DNA of 64,000 nucleotides from Vulcanimicrobiota bacterium (GCA_963777315.1 CAVZQC010000004.1:320001-384000), one strand, 5' to 3'; shown: positions 20,391 to 31,010, numbered from the stretch's first letter. Notes: generated from the letters alone by a model not told the origin. Numbers and translations are program-made.

Positions 20391-21379
20391 TAGGCGCGTT
20401 GCATGCGGGGCGCGGCCAGAAGCGTGAGGCCGAATCCGATCGCGCCTGCCCATATCACGGCGCCGAGCAAGACGTTCCAATCCCACCAGACGCGCTCAAC
20501 GGCTGCCGTGACGACGAAGTACGTGGCAAAATACGCCACGGGAACCGCGATGCCCAAGATACGGTAGGCGAAAATGCGTTCCGGTGACGGCCGCAAGCGC
20601 GCAACGATGAGGTCTCCCGTTATTCCGGCAACGACGCTCATTGCCAACGTCGTGCCTAGCAGCGGAGTGTCGTTGGTGAACGCCGCCGCAGCCGCGAAAT
20701 TTCCCAGCACGTACGTCAGCGTGAGCGCGCCGGGCGCGAGCGCAAACCGCGTTCCCGCAAAAAGACCGAAGCCCGCCATCAGCACGCTCTGGAAGATCAC
20801 CACCAGCACGCCGGTGCCGATCTTGTAGTAGCCGATCGTTAGTGCAGTCAGATAATCGGGTGAAAAGGCGCCGCTGCCGGGCGGGGCATTCACGCGGCCT
20901 GCCCCGGGATCGAAAGCATAGGCGGTTCCGAAATGCGCGAGCTCCATCCAGGTGGCCAGCGCAAAGATCAACGGGAGCTGATCGATGAGCGCCGGTCGAT
21001 CCCGGCGCGCGCGCAGCGCCGAGAGAATCGGCGCGGTGGCAACGAAAAAGACGCCCAGGCCTAGCGCCTGATGCGTTGGGCTCAGCAGCGCGTCTACGCC
21101 CTCCTCGACGCCTAAAAAGTGGTGCCAGATCATGTCGGCGATCCCTGCGGCGATGAAAATGGGAATACCGACCAGCGGCACACGATAGCTGCGCGGAAAA
21201 CCGCCGTAACGCGCCGCGTAAACGCACAGCGCGATGATGAGCGCAAGCATGCCGCTATAGAAAACGCCGTGATACGGCGTAAAGAAACTCTCCACGGGAA
21301 CGTGTCCGTGCGCCCAGGCGTCGACGAAAAAGCCGCAGGAAACCCACAGCGTGCAAAAGCCGACCGCCAAATCGAGCAT
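20390..21379 (-). CDS. Polytopic membrane protein with PmoC/AmoC-like D-x3-H-x12-H motif
   Basis: DAWAHGHVPVESFFTPYH and second DMIWH...SPTH; ~9-10 hydrophobic segments; alternative start 21406. Confidence 0.75.
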   Translation of the reverse strand: MLDLAVGFCTLWVSCGFFVDAWAHGHVPVESFFTPYHGVFYSGMLALIIALCVYAARYGGFPRSYRVPLVGIPIFIAAGIADMIWHHFLGVEEGVDALLSPTHQALGLGVFFVATAPILSALRARRDRPALIDQLPLIFALATWMELAHFGTAYAFDPGAGRVNAPPGSGAFSPDYLTALTIGYYKIGTGVLVVIFQSVLMAGFGLFAGTRFALAPGALTLTYVLGNFAAAAAFTNDTPLLGTTLAMSVVAGITGDLIVARLRPSPERIFAYRILGIAVPVAYFATYFVVTAAVERVWWDWNVLLGAVIWAGAIGFGLTLLAAPRMQRA

Positions 21380-21487
21380 TTTGCTCCGGCCGCGCGCAGT
21401 CCGCATGACGAGCCATACGAGTTCGGCGGTGCGCCGGCCTCTGAACGCGCAGGAAAACCCGCATCGGCGGCACCAGTTACTTCGTCG

Positions 21488-21898
21488 ATGACGCTACGCG
21501 CAGGTCTGGCCGCGCTGTTGCTGTCGGGCTGCGCCGCGCATGCCGCTTCGGCTCCGGCGAATGTTTCCTTCGGCACGCGCGCGCGGCTGCCCGCGCCGCC
21601 CATTGCCGCCAATGACGCTGCGCCCCGCATCGTTGCGGCGCACTTTTCCAGCAACGACGTGCGCCGGGGGCAGACCTGGTCCGGCGTCATCGTGACCGCG
21701 ACCAATGTGGCGAGCGTCGAAGTGCGCACGAACCTGTTCTCGATCGACGTGCCTCGCCGGCGCTTCGGACTCTTCGCCTTTTACCTGCACGTATTCGACG
21801 TGCCCCCGATCTTCGTGCGGGCCTATACCGTTCGCATCGTCGCGCGCAACACCGCCGGCGCAGCAGCCGAAGAAGATTTTCCGTTTCGCATACGATAG
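21488..21898 (+). CDS. Hypothetical lipoprotein
   Basis: [15 protein letters not shown] lipobox, beta-rich C-terminus. Confidence 0.7.
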   Translation: MTLRAGLAALLLSGCAAHAASAPANVSFGTRARLPAPPIAANDAAPRIVAAHFSSNDVRRGQTWSGVIVTATNVASVEVRTNLFSIDVPRRRFGLFAFYLHVFDVPPIFVRAYTVRIVARNTAGAAAEEDFPFRIR

Positions 21899-21906
21899 AA
21901 GCACCG

Positions 21907-22695
21907 ATGCCATACATTCGATACGCCAAAGAAGGCAAGGTCGTCACGCTCACGCTCGATCGTCCGGAACGCAAAAACCCGCTCACGTTCGAATCGTACC
22001 GGGAGCTGCTCGAGTATTTCCGCGCGTTGCGGGGAGATTCGTCGGTGCGGGCGGTCGTCCTGACGGGAGAAGGCGGCAATTTCTGTTCGGGCGGCGACGT
22101 GCGCGAGATCATCGGGCCATTGACGCAGCGTTCCGATTGGGAATTGCTCGAGTTCACGCAGATGACGGGCGATCTGGTCAAAGCGATGCGCGCGTGCCCA
22201 CAGCCGATCGTGTCCGCAATCGACGGCGCATGCGTGGGGGCGGGAGCCATTTTGGCGATGGCTTCCGATCTGCGCTATGGTACCGCGCGCAGCAAAGTTG
22301 CATTTCTGTTCGTGCGCGTCGGACTGGCGGGCTGCGACATGGGCGCCTGCGCTATGCTGCCGCGGATCGTCGGTCTGGGGCGAGCTGCCGAAATGCTCTA
22401 TACGGGTCGCGCGATCGGAGGGGACGAAGCTTTAGCGTGGGGATTTTATACGGCGTTGCACGAGCCGCACCGGCTGTTAGCGGAAGCGACGGCAATCGCG
22501 CAGGCGCTGGCAACGGGGCCCGCGGTCGCGCACGCGATGACCAAACGCATGCTGCACGAAGAATGGGACATGCCGCTGGACGCCGCAATCGACGCCGAGG
22601 CGCGCGCGCAAGCGCAATGCATGCAAACCGAAGATTTCCGGCGGGCATACCGGGCGTTTATCGAGGGGCGTGCGCCGGTGTTTGCGGGCGACTGA
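21907..22695 (+). CDS. Enoyl-CoA hydratase family (AbmC-like)
   Basis: [31 protein letters not shown]. Confidence 0.9.
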   Translation: MPYIRYAKEGKVVTLTLDRPERKNPLTFESYRELLEYFRALRGDSSVRAVVLTGEGGNFCSGGDVREIIGPLTQRSDWELLEFTQMTGDLVKAMRACPQPIVSAIDGACVGAGAILAMASDLRYGTARSKVAFLFVRVGLAGCDMGACAMLPRIVGLGRAAEMLYTGRAIGGDEALAWGFYTALHEPHRLLAEATAIAQALATGPAVAHAMTKRMLHEEWDMPLDAAIDAEARAQAQCMQTEDFRRAYRAFIEGRAPVFAGD

Positions 22696-22697
22696 CG

Positions 22698-23825
22698 GTG
22701 CCGGACCGATCCTTTCTGAACTGGCCGTTTTTTGAGGGATCGCACCGTGATTTCGCGCAAGCGTTTGGTGCGTGGCTGCGTGCGCAGCCCGTCGGCGACG
22801 AACGCGATGCGGATAACGCGTGTAAAGACTGGGTTCGCCGGCTCGCCGCCGGCCAATGGCTGCAAGCGTGCCTGAAGCTGGACGTGCGCACGCTGTGCTT
22901 GGCGCGCGAGATGCTGGCGTACCATGATTCCCTAGGCGACTTTGCGTTCGCGATGCAAGGCTTAGGCAGCGCTCCGATCAGCTTGTTCGGAACGCCCGAA
23001 CAAAAGCGCGAATTTCTGCCCGGCGTAACCTCGGGCGATGCAATCATGGCGTTCGCGCTTTCGGAACGGGAGGCGGGTTCGGACGTTGCGGCAACCGCCA
23101 CGTCCGCGCGCGTCGAAGGCGACTCCTACGTGCTCGACGGTGAAAAAACGTGGATCAGCAATGCCGGCATCGCAAGCGTATACGTGGTTTTCGCTCGAAC
23201 GGGCGAAGCAGGCACGCGCGGGCTGAGCGCATTCATCGTACCGGCGAAAACACCCGGAATCGCCACGGATCGGCGAATAGAGACGATCTCCCCGCATCCA
23301 CTGGGAGTGGTGCGGCTCGAACGATGCCGTATTTCGACTCGGTATCGCTTGGGCGACGAAGGGCAAGGCTTCAAAATTGCCATGGCGACGCTGGACGTTT
23401 TTCGCTCGACCGTCGGAGCGGCGGCCGTTGGATTCGCGCGGCGCGCGCTGGACGAAGCCACGGCGCACTCCAAAGAGCGCCGCGTATTCGGCGGCCCACT
23501 CTCTGCGCTGCAGATGACGATGGGGCGCCTAGCCGGTATGGCCACCCGCATCGATGCCAGCGCCCTGCTGGTGTACCGGGCTGCCTACGCCAAAGACTCC
23601 GGCGCGCAGCGCGTTACGCGCGAAGCCGCAATGGCAAAATGGTACGCAACCGAAAGTGCGTCGCGCGTCGCCGACGATGCCGTGCAGCTGTTCGGCGGAC
23701 GCGGCGTGAGCCGCGGAGAGATCGTCGAACGGATTTACCGCGACGTGCGTGCGCTGCGAATTTACGAAGGAGCCAGTGAAATCCAGCAGCTCGTCATCGC
23801 CCGGTCCGTTTTGGAGGATCGCTGA
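22698..23825 (+). CDS. Acyl-CoA dehydrogenase (AbmD-like)
   Basis: [37 protein letters not shown]; start GTG 22698. Confidence 0.9.
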   Translation: MPDRSFLNWPFFEGSHRDFAQAFGAWLRAQPVGDERDADNACKDWVRRLAAGQWLQACLKLDVRTLCLAREMLAYHDSLGDFAFAMQGLGSAPISLFGTPEQKREFLPGVTSGDAIMAFALSEREAGSDVAATATSARVEGDSYVLDGEKTWISNAGIASVYVVFARTGEAGTRGLSAFIVPAKTPGIATDRRIETISPHPLGVVRLERCRISTRYRLGDEGQGFKIAMATLDVFRSTVGAAAVGFARRALDEATAHSKERRVFGGPLSALQMTMGRLAGMATRIDASALLVYRAAYAKDSGAQRVTREAAMAKWYATESASRVADDAVQLFGGRGVSRGEIVERIYRDVRALRIYEGASEIQQLVIARSVLEDR

Positions 23826-25468
23826 TGCGCGGGAGCGCCCATGTCGATACGTTCGTTTCGGATAACTTGCCGCCGCGCGAGCGATGGCCCGATTTGGTGT
23901 TTGCACTTCCCGAATTGCAATATCCCGAACGCATCAACTGCGCGGCGCGACTGCTGGACCGGCACGTGCTCGAAGGGTTCGGCAAGCGCCGCTGCATTCT
24001 CGCTCCGGCCGCAAGCGGCTCCGAACAGGCCGTTACGTGGACGTACGAGGATCTCTTCAGGCGAGCCAATCGCATCGCGCGCGTGCTGGCCGAAGATCTG
24101 GGAGTGGTTCCCGGCAATCGGGTGCTGCTGCGCGGGTTTAACTCCCCGATGCTCGCGGCGTGCTGGCTGGCCGTGATGAAAGCCGGCGCGGTCGCCGTGA
24201 CGGCGATGCCGCTGTACCGGGAAACGGAACTGCGCGTCATCGCGAACAAGGCTCGAGTACAGTACGCTTTGTGCGACGTACGGCTGGCCGAAGACTGGAA
24301 TGCGGCAGCCGGGCTGCGCGCCGGTATCCGTACGCTGTGTTTCGGGGATGACGAACTCGAAGAGCGCATGCGGCCCAAAGCCCAGACGTTTCGCAACGTC
24401 GACACGCTGGCGGAGGATCCGGCCATGATCGCGTTCACGTCCGGCACCACCGGAAAACCCAAAGCCGCCGTCCATTTTCATCGCGACGTCATGGCGATCT
24501 GCGATACGTACGCAACGCACGTGCTGCGCGCGCGCGCGGACGATCTCTTCATCGGAAGTCCGCCGCTGGGATTTACGTTCGGACTGGGCGGCATACTGCT
24601 GTTTCCGCTGCATGTGGGCGCCGCAACTCTGCTGCTGGAGAAAGCCCCGGCGGAATCGCTGCTGCAGGCCGTTCAAGCACACGGCGTCAACGTCGTGTTT
24701 ACCGCGCCCATCGCGTATCGCGCGATGTCGGAAATGCTGGGCAAATACGACGTGTCCTCGCTGCGCATCTGCGTTTCGGCGGGCGAAACGCTGCCGTTGC
24801 CGGTTTGGCAGACGTGGTACGATCGCACCGGACTGAAAATATTGGACGGCATCGGAAGCACCGAGATGCTGCACATTTTCATCGGCTCGCCCGAGCCGGA
24901 GGCAATCGGCGGTGCGACCGGCCGCGCCGTTCCCGGCTACCACGCCGAGATTCACGATGCGAACGGTAAACCGTTGCCGCCCAATAGCGTTGGGCGCTTG
25001 GCGGTCAAAGGCCCGACCGGATGCCGGTACCTGGACGACGACCGGCAAACGGCCTACGTGCAAAACGGCTGGAACTATCCCGGCGACGCATACCTCATGG
25101 ATGAAGCCGGGTACTTCCGGTACGTCGCGCGCACCGACGACATGATCGTCTCCGCCGGCTACAACATCTCGGGACCGGAAGTGGAACAGGTGCTGCTCGC
25201 GCACAGTGACGTCAAGGAATGTGCGGTCGTGGCGAAACCGGATCCGGCGCACCACACGAACATCGTCAAAGCGTACGTGGTGCTGGCGTCGGGGATCCAA
25301 AACGATACCGGAAAAGCCGCCGAGTTGCAGGAATTCGTGCGCGCGCGGATCGCTCCGTTCAAGGCTCCGCGCGAAGTCGAATTCCTCAGCGAACTGCCGC
25401 GCACCGAAACCGGCAAAGTCCAACGCTTTCGCTTGCGCGAAAAGGCGGTCGCCGAAGCGTCAGGCTGA
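23825..25468 (+). CDS. 2-aminobenzoate-CoA ligase (AbmG-like AMP-binding enzyme)
   Basis: SAHVDTF N-terminus, FTSGTTGKPK, DGIGSTEMLH, TETGKVQRF. Confidence 0.88.
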   Translation: MRGSAHVDTFVSDNLPPRERWPDLVFALPELQYPERINCAARLLDRHVLEGFGKRRCILAPAASGSEQAVTWTYEDLFRRANRIARVLAEDLGVVPGNRVLLRGFNSPMLAACWLAVMKAGAVAVTAMPLYRETELRVIANKARVQYALCDVRLAEDWNAAAGLRAGIRTLCFGDDELEERMRPKAQTFRNVDTLAEDPAMIAFTSGTTGKPKAAVHFHRDVMAICDTYATHVLRARADDLFIGSPPLGFTFGLGGILLFPLHVGAATLLLEKAPAESLLQAVQAHGVNVVFTAPIAYRAMSEMLGKYDVSSLRICVSAGETLPLPVWQTWYDRTGLKILDGIGSTEMLHIFIGSPEPEAIGGATGRAVPGYHAEIHDANGKPLPPNSVGRLAVKGPTGCRYLDDDRQTAYVQNGWNYPGDAYLMDEAGYFRYVARTDDMIVSAGYNISGPEVEQVLLAHSDVKECAVVAKPDPAHHTNIVKAYVVLASGIQNDTGKAAELQEFVRARIAPFKAPREVEFLSELPRTETGKVQRFRLREKAVAEASG

Positions 25469-25870
25469 TTCGGGATTGACGGCGGTTGCCTCGATCTCGA
25501 CTTTAGCGCGATCTTCGAGCAGCTCGGCGACCTGCACCAACGTCATGGCCGGATAATGCTCGCCGACGATGCGGCGATACGCCTGCCCTATTCGCTCGGC
25601 GGCCGCCAGGTATTCGCGTTTGTCGGTCACGTACCAGGTCATGCGCACGATGTGCTCGGGTTTTGCGCCTGCGGCCTGCAGCACCGAAGCGACGTTGGCA
25701 AGCGCGAGTGCGGCTTGCTCGGCGAGATCGTCCGAAACGATCTCGCCCCGCTCGTTCCAGCCGATTTGCCCGGCGACAAAGACGATTTCACCGCGAGCGA
25801 CGATGCCGTTGCTGTAGCCGCGTGGACGGGCCCATCCCTGCGGCTGCACGACGCGCGGCGCGTTGCTCAT
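25460..25870 (-). CDS. RidA/YjgF family protein (AbmF-like)
   Basis: PRGYSNG, FVAGQIG, YPAMTLVQV..L....KVEIEATA. Confidence 0.9.
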   Translation of the reverse strand: MSNAPRVVQPQGWARPRGYSNGIVARGEIVFVAGQIGWNERGEIVSDDLAEQAALALANVASVLQAAGAKPEHIVRMTWYVTDKREYLAAAERIGQAYRRIVGEHYPAMTLVQVAELLEDRAKVEIEATAVNPESA

Positions 25871-27372
25871 GCGTAGTCCGCGGCGGTGGTCAAATCCGTC
25901 CCGCGATCCGCCTTAGCGGCGTTCAACACGCAAGTAAGAACGATCGTCACCGCGAGGTTGACGATTAGCGAATAGAACACGATGGCTCCCGCGACCGTCC
26001 CCGTGCCTACGGGCACGACGTAGACCGATGAAAAGCCGGTCGTGACCACCATCCATGTCGCTGCGGCCATCCCGCAGATCCATCCGGCAAGCAGCGCCGC
26101 GGGGTGAAACCAGCGCGTGTAGAGGCCCAAGACCGCAGCGGGAAAGATCTGCAGTATCCACGCACCGCCGAGCAGCTGAAAGTCGATGGCAAAAGCCGGC
26201 TTGACGAACACGGCGATGCAAAAGGCACCCGCAAGCACGCCCAGGGAAACGTAGCGCGCCGTAGCGAGTTCCGAAGACGAGCGCTGTTGCCGCGCGCGAA
26301 ACGATTGCAGGATGTTGCTGGCGAATAGGTTGGCCGCGCCTATCGCCATGATCGCCGCCGGCACCAGCGCGCCGATGACGATTGCCGCAAAGGCGATGCC
26401 GGCGAACCAGTCGGGAAAATAACGCGCGAAGAGCTCGGGTACGGCCGCATTGGCGTTCTTGATCGTAAGGTGAGCCGCCAAAGCGCAATATCCCAGCAGC
26501 GCAATGAACGTGAGCAGCACGCTGTACAGCGGCAGCAGCGCGCAATTGCGGCGAATCACGTCCGCGCTCTTGGCGCTCAGCACGCTGGTTACCGAGTGCG
26601 GATAGATGAAGAGCGCGAGCGCCGAGCCGAATGCCAAGCTCGCGTATGCGAAATAGCTCTTCGGCGCTAGAATGATGCCTCCGGCTTTCGGTTTCGACGC
26701 AAGCGCGTGCTGCGCTGCGTCGAAGATGTGATGCCAGCCGCCCAGTTTGGCCGGAACGATCGCCAGCGCCACGGCAACGGTCAGATAGATCAAGCCGTCC
26801 TTGGCAAAGGCGATCATCGCGGGCGCGCGCAATCCGCTCGTGAACGTATAGCCGGCCAGCAAGACGAACGCGGCGACCAGAAAAAGCAGGGCGGATTGAT
26901 GCGTGAAGGCGATGCCGGTGCGTTCCAGCACCGCCTGCATGCCGATGAGCTGCAGGGCGATATACGGCAGCGTCGCGGCGACGCCCGTGAGCGCTACTGC
27001 CGCTTCCAGCGATCGGCTTCCGTAGCGGTCGTGCACGAAATCGGCGGTCGTTACGTACCCACGCCGCTTGGCAACGGTCCAAAAGCGCGCCATGATGAGG
27101 AATACCAGCGGGTACGTAATGGTCGTGTACGGCACGGCGAAGAACGCAATCGCGCCCGCCCCGAACGCTAGCGCAGGCACGGCGATGAACGTGTACGCGG
27201 TGTACAGATCGCCGCCCAGCAAAAACCAGGAAACGACCGTGCCGAAACGCCGTCCGCCCAGCGCCCATTCGTCCAACGTATTCAATCGCGCGCCGCTCCA
27301 GCGCGCCGCCAGGAACCCCATGACCGTAACGCCGAGCACCAGCGCAACGAACAGCGCAGTGCCGCTACTCAT
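25867..27372 (-). CDS. Sodium:solute symporter, MctP monocarboxylate permease type
   Basis: EWALGGRRFG, WFLLGGDLYTAYTF motifs. Confidence 0.88.
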   Translation of the reverse strand: MSSGTALFVALVLGVTVMGFLAARWSGARLNTLDEWALGGRRFGTVVSWFLLGGDLYTAYTFIAVPALAFGAGAIAFFAVPYTTITYPLVFLIMARFWTVAKRRGYVTTADFVHDRYGSRSLEAAVALTGVAATLPYIALQLIGMQAVLERTGIAFTHQSALLFLVAAFVLLAGYTFTSGLRAPAMIAFAKDGLIYLTVAVALAIVPAKLGGWHHIFDAAQHALASKPKAGGIILAPKSYFAYASLAFGSALALFIYPHSVTSVLSAKSADVIRRNCALLPLYSVLLTFIALLGYCALAAHLTIKNANAAVPELFARYFPDWFAGIAFAAIVIGALVPAAIMAIGAANLFASNILQSFRARQQRSSSELATARYVSLGVLAGAFCIAVFVKPAFAIDFQLLGGAWILQIFPAAVLGLYTRWFHPAALLAGWICGMAAATWMVVTTGFSSVYVVPVGTGTVAGAIVFYSLIVNLAVTIVLTCVLNAAKADRGTDLTTAADYA

Positions 27373-27559
27373 GCCGCGGTTCCCGCGTCATCCCATAGAC
27401 GAACCACACGATCAGCGCAGAAATGCCGATCCACACCAGCTGATACCAGTAAAAGAACGGAAACCCGAACAGGTCGGGCGCGCGACGCGCGTAAAACGGC
27501 GGCACCAGCGTGGCGACGAACGGAACGACGAGCAGACCGTAGTACAGACGCTTGCGCAC
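27365..27559 (-). CDS. DUF3311 small membrane protein (symporter partner)
   Basis: P.LFGFPFFYWYQLVW motif upstream of SSS gene. Confidence 0.85.
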   Translation of the reverse strand: MRKRLYYGLLVVPFVATLVPPFYARRAPDLFGFPFFYWYQLVWIGISALIVWFVYGMTREPRHE

Positions 27560-27577
27560 GCGGGCGACGTTCGCCGG

Positions 27578-28513
27578 CTACCGTTCCAGGCCTTGCACGC
27601 GCTGCGCCCACATCGAGGCCAGTGAAACCTTACCCAGGGTCTGCGCGATCGTCATGCCCAGTATGCAGATCGCCGCGCCTGCGATTTGGTGCGGTTCGAT
27701 GCGAGTATGTAGTAGCGCAACGCTCAGCAGTCCGGCAAGCACCGGAACGCCGAACTGAAATAACGACGTTCGGCCCGCTCCCAGCTGCGAGATGCCGTAG
27801 CTCCACACCGGATACGTCAGCACGATCGGAAACACGACGGCATACGCGAATATGCCCCAATCCAGCGGCGTCACGCGCGCCCAATCCTGATGCAGCATCT
27901 CCGGAATCGCACCAGGCAAAATCATCACGGTGCCCAGCGTCAAAGCGATGACGACCAGCGAAACGGGCGTGTAGCGATCCAAGAGGCGCCCGGTAAAAAC
28001 GTTGAAGAGCGCGAAAACCGCCGCGGATGCCAGCGTTAGCGCATCTCCGATGCGAAAAGTCGCGTGCCCGGCGAACGCGCCTTCGAAGACCGCTACGCCC
28101 GTAAGAGCGATCGCCGCGCCAGCCCATCTTCCGCTGCGCACTCGCTCGCGTCCGCCCAATGCAACGAAGGCGAGCGTCAACACCGGGGCAAGCGTGGCGA
28201 GGAGCGCCGAGGCAAACGCCGTCGTATGCGCGAGACCGACTACCCAAAGGTATTGAAACACGCCGTAACCGCACGCTCCGCACGCGAGCAAAAGCGGAAT
28301 ATCGCGCCGCGCCACGACGATCCGTTCGCCCCGCGCCCGAGCCAAAAGAAACGCCAGCGGCGCCATCGCCAAGAACCGCAGTCCGGTAAACGCGAGCGGG
28401 TTCCACGTGGCCAGCGCGTACTTGACGGCAACGGTGTTGAACGCCCAGACCGCAACGACGTAAACCAACCCGAGATAGACGATCCAACGCTGCGATCTCA
28501 CAGGTCCGGTCAT
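27578..28513 (-). CDS. DMT/EamA family transporter
   Basis: 10 TMs, two EamA repeats. Confidence 0.85.
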   Translation of the reverse strand: MTGPVRSQRWIVYLGLVYVVAVWAFNTVAVKYALATWNPLAFTGLRFLAMAPLAFLLARARGERIVVARRDIPLLLACGACGYGVFQYLWVVGLAHTTAFASALLATLAPVLTLAFVALGGRERVRSGRWAGAAIALTGVAVFEGAFAGHATFRIGDALTLASAAVFALFNVFTGRLLDRYTPVSLVVIALTLGTVMILPGAIPEMLHQDWARVTPLDWGIFAYAVVFPIVLTYPVWSYGISQLGAGRTSLFQFGVPVLAGLLSVALLHTRIEPHQIAGAAICILGMTIAQTLGKVSLASMWAQRVQGLER

Positions 28514-28543
28514 ACCCGGCGTACGGGAATCTAGTCTACGGTT

Positions 28544-29296
28544 CTACGGCGACCACCCGGATGCGCCGCCGGCGCTCGATGAGTACGACGACGTGCGCCA
28601 GGAGCTGCCGTCGGTGCACGCGTTCGTATTGCGATTGCGATATGCCGCCCGTACGACGGTGTCGTCGGACACGCCGGCTGCAGGCGCGGCGCACGGATCG
28701 ACGCTTAGCGGCGCGATGCCCGCGTCGTCGCCGGGCGCGCGGCCGGGAAGAACTTGCGCGAACGATCCGTCTCGGGCTCCGGCAAGAACCACGTACGGCG
28801 GCGCGCGCAGCGTGCGTAGGATGACGTCGCCGGACCGCGTGGCCAAAACCGATCCGTCGGAGCCGGTGACCGTTACGGTGATGCGTGCGGTGATTCTGCC
28901 CTCTTGAACGTACGGGTTGGTTTGCTCGTTGGAAGCGCAGTTGCTCTGGGCCGGATCGCAGGTTGGCGAAGGCGCCGGCGTGGACGTTTGCGTGAGAGCG
29001 ATGCTTTCGGCGGTTTCATAGGAGCACGCAGGATCGACGCATGCGGGAGGAATCGGAGTGAACGCGGGCAGCGGGCTGGGAAGCGCACCGCTCTGCAGAT
29101 CGGCTGACAGCGTCTGTTCCAGCGAGCCGGCCGCGCGCTGATATCCCGCGGTGACGTACGTCTGCGCCATCCGGTGAATGGTCGTGCGCGTCATCGCGAG
29201 CCCGGCCGAGACAAACGTTAGCGCGATAGCCGCGATCAGCGCGACGTAAAACAATGCGTTGACGAGCATTACGCTGCGGATGCGATCACGGCGCAC
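28544..29296 (-). CDS. Hypothetical PilX-like exported protein
   Basis: N-terminal hydrophobic helix, paired cysteines, overlaps prepilin-like gene. Confidence 0.6.
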   Translation of the reverse strand: MRRDRIRSVMLVNALFYVALIAAIALTFVSAGLAMTRTTIHRMAQTYVTAGYQRAAGSLEQTLSADLQSGALPSPLPAFTPIPPACVDPACSYETAESIALTQTSTPAPSPTCDPAQSNCASNEQTNPYVQEGRITARITVTVTGSDGSVLATRSGDVILRTLRAPPYVVLAGARDGSFAQVLPGRAPGDDAGIAPLSVDPCAAPAAGVSDDTVVRAAYRNRNTNACTDGSSWRTSSYSSSAGGASGWSP

Positions 29297-29771
29297 CGCC
29301 TGGCTGGGGGACGAGTGATGGATCGACCACGCTCGCGCCGGGCAGCGGCGCTTTGACGCGCACCTGTCCCTGCAGTGATATGCGTCCGGGATCTGCGGCG
29401 TGACCCGGGTCGGGCGTATACTGCACCGTCACCGTTAGCTGCGCACCTTGCGAGTCCGACTCGGAAATCGACGTCGTGACGCTCACGGGCGCCGAGGTCG
29501 CCGCAGCGCCCGGAACGTCGAGCGGCACGGTGGTTTGCCAATTACCCGACGGCGCCGCGCCGGGCGACCCATACTTCCAAACGTCTTGAGCAACGCGCAA
29601 CGTTTGTTCGGCCAGCAGTAACGATGCGGCGCGAACGGGGCCGGCCTGATGCGTAGAAAAACGTGAGAAAACGCCCATCGCCGAGATTAGCCCGCCGACG
29701 GCGACGCAGACGACCGCTGCGGTGATCAGCGTCTCGAGCAGAGTGAACGCAGCTTGGGCAGATTTGCTCAC
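29286..29771 (-). CDS. Type IV prepilin-like protein
   Basis: QAA|FTLLETLITAAVV N-methylation/cleavage-like motif. Confidence 0.75.
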   Translation of the reverse strand: MSKSAQAAFTLLETLITAAVVCVAVGGLISAMGVFSRFSTHQAGPVRAASLLLAEQTLRVAQDVWKYGSPGAAPSGNWQTTVPLDVPGAAATSAPVSVTTSISESDSQGAQLTVTVQYTPDPGHAADPGRISLQGQVRVKAPLPGASVVDPSLVPQPGGAP

Positions 29772-30928
29772 ATGCCGGTTAGTGCCCGCGATCCGGGCTT
29801 TCGCGACAATAACCGGCGCACACGCTCTGCGGGAACCCGCAGCAAAGGCCGTTCAAACGCGTACGTCACTACCGTAGCCTGAACGATCGTGACGGCAAAC
29901 GCCACGACGGTGTAGGCAACCTGCCAATGCGGATCGGCATGCGGATCGGTTCCGATGTACGGCGGAATTTTCCAAGCCAGTAATCCGCGCGCGAACACTT
30001 GGTGGTACAAGTAGAGATTGTAGGAAATGACCGCAAAGAACAGCAGCACGGGATTGGCAACCAGACGCTGCCATCCGCGCAGCGCGAGCAGCGAGCCCAG
30101 CGCTATGCACGCGAATACGGCGCCGACTGCCGTGCGGTTGTGGATTTGCCAAACCGTCGACCATTCATCGGCGGTTCGCATCGCCCAAAGATTTTGCAGC
30201 AACAGGATCAGGCAGGCAAAACCGGCGATCGCCAGTGCCGTTGCGGCAATTTGCAGCAGCCGGCTCGAGCGATCGCGCCAGGCGACATACAAGTGCGCGG
30301 AGATCATTCCGAACGCAAACGTGTCCAGGTAGCCGGGCAGGTTGTCGATCAGCATCGGCGCGGTCGTGTGCAGGCAGCACGCCTGTGCGTGCGATCGAAA
30401 TACGAATGCCGCAACGATCATGACGCCGGCGGTCAGCCACGCGCTGCGGGAAAAACACCACCACAAAAGCGGGAAGACGGCGTAAAATTCGACCTCGACC
30501 GCCAGCGTCCAAAGTACCCCGTTGATGGCGCCGAACGTGTCGGGCCACCATGTGTGAACGAACAGCACGTGCGTGATGACGTCACGCGCCGCTTCACCGG
30601 GCGAAGCAAAATGCGCATAGCCCATCGCGATGACGACGACGATCGACAGCACGTACGAAGGGACGATCTTTCGCGCGCGCCGGTAGGCGAAGTGGCCCCA
30701 CGTGGGCGGCCGGTCTGCGTAGGCCAGTGCCTTGACGAAAGGATACGCGATGACGAAGCCGCTGATGTAGAAGAACAGATCGACGCCGACGAATCCGGTC
30801 TCCGGCACGAATTGGACCGCAGCAAACGGTGCGGGAAGCCACGAGATCTCCCAAACGTGATACCAAAGGACGAGCAGTATCGCGATTCCGCGTAGACCAT
30901 CTAAAACGCTCAGCCGCGTTTGCGCCAT
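29768..30928 (-). CDS. Acyltransferase family 3 (OafA-like)
   Basis: LDGLRGIA, GVDLFFYISGF, WTLAVEVEFY, ISYNLYLYH. Confidence 0.92.
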   Translation of the reverse strand: MAQTRLSVLDGLRGIAILLVLWYHVWEISWLPAPFAAVQFVPETGFVGVDLFFYISGFVIAYPFVKALAYADRPPTWGHFAYRRARKIVPSYVLSIVVVIAMGYAHFASPGEAARDVITHVLFVHTWWPDTFGAINGVLWTLAVEVEFYAVFPLLWWCFSRSAWLTAGVMIVAAFVFRSHAQACCLHTTAPMLIDNLPGYLDTFAFGMISAHLYVAWRDRSSRLLQIAATALAIAGFACLILLLQNLWAMRTADEWSTVWQIHNRTAVGAVFACIALGSLLALRGWQRLVANPVLLFFAVISYNLYLYHQVFARGLLAWKIPPYIGTDPHADPHWQVAYTVVAFAVTIVQATVVTYAFERPLLRVPAERVRRLLSRKPGSRALTGM

Positions 30929-30981
30929 GGCGGCCTATTCGCCCGCGCCGAACGTGCGCCCGCTTACCACCTTACGCTCGT

Positions 30982-31010
30982 TTGACGCTGTTCACGCTCC
31001 TTGCTATACT
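30982..31010 (+). promoter_or_regulatory. Sigma70 promoter of str operon
   Basis: TTGACG-17bp-TATACT with extended TG. Confidence 0.8.

Noticed and set aside
21705..22697. 706-aa acyl-CoA dehydrogenase fusion
   Set aside because: Upstream part overlaps the enoyl-CoA hydratase in another frame; real start GTG 22698
30693..30710. GGCCCCACGTGGG match to the repeat motif
   Set aside because: Short, lies within the acyltransferase coding sequence, lacks the downstream GGAG module
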